Shown here piece by piece: positions 59,359 to 64,000 of a stretch of 64,000 nt of DNA (position 1 is the stretch's first letter; each line of letters starts with the position of its first letter). Source of the stretch: Anthoceros angustus (lineage: Eukaryota; Plantae; Anthocerotophyta); NCBI GenBank assembly GCA_010909165.1, contig MU008152.1, forward strand, positions 124,001 through 188,000. Reading direction: 5' to 3'. The notes under the pieces were generated by a model. That model did not search any database. It was not told the origin of the DNA and saw only the letters and a program-made list of their open reading frames with translations. A program made the position numbers and the translations under genes.

Positions 59359-62100
59359 TCACCAATAATCTCTGCAAGAGCACTTTCCGTCCTTGAAGTG
59401 ATGAAAGCGACTGACGTCCCGGGTCACAATCTCCCTCCCAATAGCCTTGGATATGTACTTGGCAGCGTTGTGGCAGTCTCCACACATCCGTAGGTTCTTC
59501 AAGATGAGAAGAGGTGTTCCTGGGGCAGTGTTGATGAGGGCAAAAGCAATGGTCAGCTTCTCGCTGTGGTAACGCAGGCACCTTTCCTTTTCCTCTTCAT
59601 CAACGTCATGGAGCACGAAGCTTGTATCCGGTACATAGCCTGCCTCCTTGATTGTGATAATCAGATTATCCAGTGTGTCGTAGATGATGTCAGTCTGTGG
59701 ATGCCTCTTGTCTTCCGCAAAGAAGAGATGAATTTCGTTTTTAATCTCCGTCCAACTGCATCCTGGATTTTTCTTCAACCCTTTGTCCTTCAACAGTCTT
59801 CTCACTGCAACCTTCTCCCGCCACATCCCTGCTGCAGCATAGGTGTTTGCCAGCAACACATGCGCTGCATCATGGCTAGGGTCCAGGTGCAGAACCCTCT
59901 CTGCAGCATGCTCAGCTATTCCAACATTGCCATGAAGTCTACAGGCGCCAAGCAGCGCCATCCACACTGCAACACCCGGTTGGGCTGACAGGTTAGTGAT
60001 AAACTCCTCAGCCTCGTCCAGCCTCCCAGCTCGGCCAAGGAGATCAACCATGCACACATGGTGTCCCTCTGTTGGGTTAATGCCGTGATCTAGAATCATG
60101 GACGTGTAATAGCTGCAGCCCTCCTTCACCAATCCAGCATGGCTACAGGCTGCAAGGACAGTCACAAATGTGATGTAATCAAGTTCAACTTCCATCTGCA
60201 GCAAGTGTTCGAAGATGATTAGAGCCTCCGTGCTCCTACCATGCTGCGTATACGCTGCCATCAATGCATTCCATGATATGATATCCCGCCGAGGCATATT
60301 ATCGAAAACTGTTCGTGCAATATCTAGCCGGCCACACTTGGCATACATGTCCACCAGAGCATTATTAACAAAAATGCGTGACCTGTGGCCACTTCTGTCG
60401 ATCATAGCGTGGATTCGCCTCCCCTCTCCAAGAACTGCGAGATTAGCACATGCGTTCAGGACGCAAACGAAGGTAACGTCAGTGGGCTGGACATCCTTCC
60501 GTAGCATTTCCTTGAACAGCTGAAGAGCATCTCTTTCTCGTCTATTGTGAATGTAAGCTGTTACCATAGCAGTCCATGCAACAGCATCTTTATCCGACAT
60601 GCCATCGAAGACCTCGAGTGCATCCTCCATGCTCTCACACTTGCCATACATGCTAATCAAGGCAGTACAGACGCAGAGGTCAGATGCAAACCCACAGCTG
60701 GAAGCATGGGTATGCATCTCTCTTCCCTCCGCCAGTGCTGCTGCATTGCCACAAGCATTCAGAACAGAGACTATGGTGCCTGAATTTGGCTTCACATCTT
60801 CTCGCTGCATCTCCTCAAACAGACTAAGCGCCTCCTTCGCAAGACCATGATCAGCATAACCTGAGAACATGGAAGTCCAAGAAACAACATCTCGCTTCGG
60901 CATTCTGTCAAATACTGCACGTGCACCTGCAATGAAGCCGCATTTGCAATACATGTCCACAAGGGCCGACCCAACAAAGATCTGTGATTCCAATCCGCAA
61001 CTTCGAACATGGGTGTGAAGTTGCTCTCCATCTTCTAGAGCCCCCAAGCTTGCACATGCGTTCAAGATCCCAACGAAAGTAATGGAGGTTGGTTTCACTC
61101 CCTTGTACAGCATTTGTCTAAAAAGCTGAAGGACGTCCTCGCTGTATCCATGACGGGAATACCCACTGATCATAGCATTCCATGACACAACGTCTCGTGT
61201 CTGCAAATTATCAAACACGGTCCTTGCAGCCTGCACGTTCCCGCATTTCGAATACATGTCCACCAATGCATTACACACATACACGTCAGACACCCATCTA
61301 CTCCTTGCAATCTGAGCATGTACCTGCTTGCCAAATCCACCATCTGCCTTAGAGGCACATGCATTCAGTACAGCAACAAAAGTCGACCCGTCAGCATTCA
61401 CTTTTGCTTCCTGCATCTGTCTATAAAGTCTGAGAGCCTTGGAGCCCTCCCCGGATCGTGTATATCCAGCAATCATTGTATTCCAGGATACTACGTCACG
61501 TTCATGCATTTTATCAAACACTGATGATGCTTCCTCCATGCTCCCACCTTTTGCATACAAATCTAGCAGGCAGTTGTCCACAATGACATCTGTCTCTGAC
61601 CAAATTTTAATGATCTCTGCATGGGTCTGCCGGCCCTCTTGGATGTTCCCCAGACTTGTGCACGCATTCAGAACAACAGTGAACACAAACTTGTCTGGCT
61701 TAACGCCTTCACCCTTCATGTTCTTGTAAAGGTCCAGAACCTGGTCTGCTTGACCACAATTAAGATAACCCTTCATTAAGGCAGTGAATGTGAACACATC
61801 ATGCCTGGACATCTGATCAAATATCTGCCGCGCAGTCAAGATCTTTCCCGAGCTGGCATACATCCTCACCAGACAGCACGCCAGCAAAGAGTTCATCTGT
61901 AGGCCACTCTTTCTGATGTGAGCATGAACTTGCATGCCATCCTGCCAGGCCTTCCTCTTTATGCATTGTTGCAACAGACGGTAATACGTATCAGGATGGG
62001 CCTGCATGCCCTGATGCTCCAAAGCATTCAATGACCGGACACATTCACTCAAACGTCCTTGGTCGCACAGGCTGCTTACATCTGCAGGTGTCATCCACAA
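59359..62100 (-). CDS. PLS-class PPR protein with E1/E2 and DYW deaminase domain (organellar C-to-U editing factor)
   Basis: About six P-L-S triplets (VFD.M..RDVVSW), PG box KKNPGCSW, HSEKL, CGDCH and terminal DYW. The ORF opens on TTG after an in-frame stop, so an upstream exon or the ATG at 62094 is likely used. Confidence 0.95.
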   Translation of the reverse strand: MWMTPADVSSLCDQGRLSECVRSLNALEHQGMQAHPDTYYRLLQQCIKRKAWQDGMQVHAHIRKSGLQMNSLLACCLVRMYASSGKILTARQIFDQMSRHDVFTFTALMKGYLNCGQADQVLDLYKNMKGEGVKPDKFVFTVVLNACTSLGNIQEGRQTHAEIIKIWSETDVIVDNCLLDLYAKGGSMEEASSVFDKMHERDVVSWNTMIAGYTRSGEGSKALRLYRQMQEAKVNADGSTFVAVLNACASKADGGFGKQVHAQIARSRWVSDVYVCNALVDMYSKCGNVQAARTVFDNLQTRDVVSWNAMISGYSRHGYSEDVLQLFRQMLYKGVKPTSITFVGILNACASLGALEDGEQLHTHVRSCGLESQIFVGSALVDMYCKCGFIAGARAVFDRMPKRDVVSWTSMFSGYADHGLAKEALSLFEEMQREDVKPNSGTIVSVLNACGNAAALAEGREMHTHASSCGFASDLCVCTALISMYGKCESMEDALEVFDGMSDKDAVAWTAMVTAYIHNRRERDALQLFKEMLRKDVQPTDVTFVCVLNACANLAVLGEGRRIHAMIDRSGHRSRIFVNNALVDMYAKCGRLDIARTVFDNMPRRDIISWNALMAAYTQHGRSTEALIIFEHLLQMEVELDYITFVTVLAACSHAGLVKEGCSYYTSMILDHGINPTEGHHVCMVDLLGRAGRLDEAEEFITNLSAQPGVAVWMALLGACRLHGNVGIAEHAAERVLHLDPSHDAAHVLLANTYAAAGMWREKVAVRRLLKDKGLKKNPGCSWTEIKNEIHLFFAEDKRHPQTDIIYDTLDNLIITIKEAGYVPDTSFVLHDVDEEEKERCLRYHSEKLTIAFALINTAPGTPLLILKNLRMCGDCHNAAKYISKAIGREIVTRDVSRFHHFKDGKCSCRDYW

Positions 62101-63827
62101 GTCTGGCCTACCGACCCCCTTGCTTGAACTGCCAGAATGGTAATCAGCGGCATAGTTTCAGCGGGATGGTCTGCATCACCTGACCACAAAGTGAACGCTT
62201 GCCCAGACTACGAGTGAAAAAAAAAGCCCCTTAAGCAAACTATCATCTGCAACACCCAGCAGTCAAACAGTTCCATTCAGGGTTTGGCCTACTTAAGACT
62301 CACATGCCCATCAGGCTGCCTGCCACGCAGACACTGGCTTCTGACTCCGTCCCAAAGGTTGCAACCTGAAGATGTTTGCCCTCTTTCATAGCCTTTACGC
62401 TGCTACGCAGGCAGAATGAAAATGTTGCCATTCCAGAACTCATGGATCATAAAAAGTTGCTGCTGAGGTGGGTGAGAAAATACCTGCCAGAACTCTCGAG
62501 CTCACCTCCGTAATGAACGGAATGCAAGCTGGAAACCCTTTCCCAGTCAATCCACAAGCCATCACTTCTGGACATTTCCACAGAGCCCGTATAATTCTTG
62601 TCTCCCTGTGGCGGTGACCAAAGATTAGCCTCACGCATGCCCACATCAGTGCCTGCTGAATTCAGTTGATAGAGCGACACTTTGTACCTTTCTCAACCTA
62701 GGATAGCCCAAGAAAGCTTCCTGTCGGGAAACCTCATCTGCATTTCAGATGCGAGGTGTTAATCATTCAAAGACGTTAAAAGTGCAGGAAACGTAGAAGC
62801 GGAATGAAGCTTGCTATTGTCACCTTCTTGTCCCTTTGTATTGCTCCGTAAGGTGGACAGACGCCTGAACCATTCCTCCATGATGATGTAGGGACTGAGA
62901 TTGGACTTCATCAAAATGCGCACCTTCACCTTCATACGGCTCTCCAATGCTCCAATCCTGGACATGAGCTACGAGATAGCTGAGAAAGACCTGCACCCTC
63001 CTCGTTTTCGTGAAACGAAATTTTTGGTTTCAACCGGAACTTTTGGTATCAACCGACTCTTTCGACGATTCCTTCAGCATTGGCAAACTTGAGTTTTCGT
63101 GGTGGAAACCCGACTGGCTGCGGTGTTTGTCTGGTATTTTATGACAGGACCGCGTGTCTGGTTGCCGGGGGTGGGAAATGAAGGCTCAAAGTGCGGTGGA
63201 GTACACTCCGTGTCTGGATGAGATACCAGCTACTGGGATACCCAGAATTTCATCGTTTCCTTTGAAATGGTCGGGGTGGATGGATTTTGAGCCAGTGTTG
63301 TGATGGTTGCCAGTCTGAAATTCAAATCTGGGACAACAAATATCTCAACTTCATTACATGCTAGGAAGCTTTGAAGAGTTGCCGTTGGCCGGACGATTTC
63401 CGCCAAACGAACAAAACATTCCCGGTCACCGGACTTTGAATCAAACGAAGCAAGGCCGCTCTTTTTTTGATTTAGACTGCTTTCACCAGGTTGTTACAGT
63501 TCGTACGCTGCGCTGACTTAATGCAATGACATCCTTGCTGAAGAAAGAAGCTTCCAATCGAACATCCATCGTCAAGGAAAGAATCACAGACACCGCCTCT
63601 AGATCAAACATCCATCGTCCACGAGGAATCACGACACCGTCGTCGATCTGTCGATTTCCGGCTCGAACGGTTTCGCTTTGGATGGTATCCAAGACATCCG
63701 ATTCGGGAAAGTACCCATAAAAAACTCGTGTTTTTTCGATTGAAGGAAAGGGACGAAAGGAAGCAAGGAGAGGCAGGAAAGGAAGGGAGGAAGGCATCGG
63801 TTGTTCGGCTGCGTCTGGAGGTAGAAA

Positions 63828-64000
63828 ATGGAAAATCTGAGCGAGATGGATGCCAGTCTGCCTGCAGGGGAGATGGCGAGCTACTGGCAGATGGAGTTCC
63901 CGGCGGAGGATATTTTGTTTGTGCAGTCTGCAGAATCTCCGAAATTCGAGCGCTTCATCGCAGCCTTGGAGGATGCCTGTATGGTAGGAATGGATGCCGA
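63828..64000 (+). CDS. 5' end of a probable 3'-5' exonuclease (WRN/Mut-7-like), truncated by the window edge
   Basis: MENLSEM...ILFVQSAESPKFERFIAALEDACMVGMDA(E) resembles the ExoI motif region (G.DAEW) of plant Mut-7-like exonucleases. Only 57 codons are visible. Confidence 0.55.
   Translation, partial: MENLSEMDASLPAGEMASYWQMEFPAEDILFVQSAESPKFERFIAALEDACMVGMDA

Noticed and set aside
59199-59396. Hydrophobic ORF (VVLVGVALGGLAAVVLTVI) as the missing RLK transmembrane exon
   Set aside because: It lacks basic stop-transfer residues and junction evidence, and lies antisense to the PPR 3'UTR; probably chance.
59359-59800. U-to-C (DYW:KP-type) editing factor
   Set aside because: The PG box, HSEKL, CGDCH and terminal DYW are canonical C-to-U type.
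54461-64000. Functional RNA-metabolism cluster (rps6, NAF1, PPR, exonuclease)
   Set aside because: The genes act in different compartments and pathways; adjacency is expected by chance in gene-dense DNA.

Overview
Gene-dense, GC-rich eukaryotic nuclear DNA from a land plant. Short GT-AG introns, compact intergenic spaces and a PLS-DYW PPR suggest a non-seed plant, possibly a hornwort; this is inference. Recognisable genes in order: UPF1 (+), DMP/DUF679 (-), CASC3/Barentsz (-), At4g18490-like protein (+), TTLL12 (+), WOX13-like homeobox (-), TWD40-1 of the TPLATE complex (-), glycolate oxidase (-), a broken malectin-like/LRR-I receptor kinase (+), a B1-type Raf-like kinase (+), organellar-type ribosomal protein S6 (-), NAF1 (-), a PLS-E-DYW PPR (-) and the start of a 3'-5' exonuclease (+). 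There are also TE relics and small tandem arrays. The standout is 38.3-50.4 kb, a same-strand mosaic of pieces copied from neighbouring loci (Raf kinase promoter and exons, a 61-bp piece of NAF1, and a kinase piece of the type missing from the adjacent receptor kinase). The junctions carry strikingly uniform ~9-nt microhomologies, which fits serial template switching (MMBIR/FoSTeS-like) or an assembly/amplification artefact. Also notable: intron-free CDSs for normally intron-bearing genes (UPF1, TWD40-1, WOX13), two NMD/EJC genes within 3 kb of each other with candidate 3'UTR introns, and a candidate U12-type AT-AA intron. Coordinates were read by eye; exon boundaries are approximate where stated.
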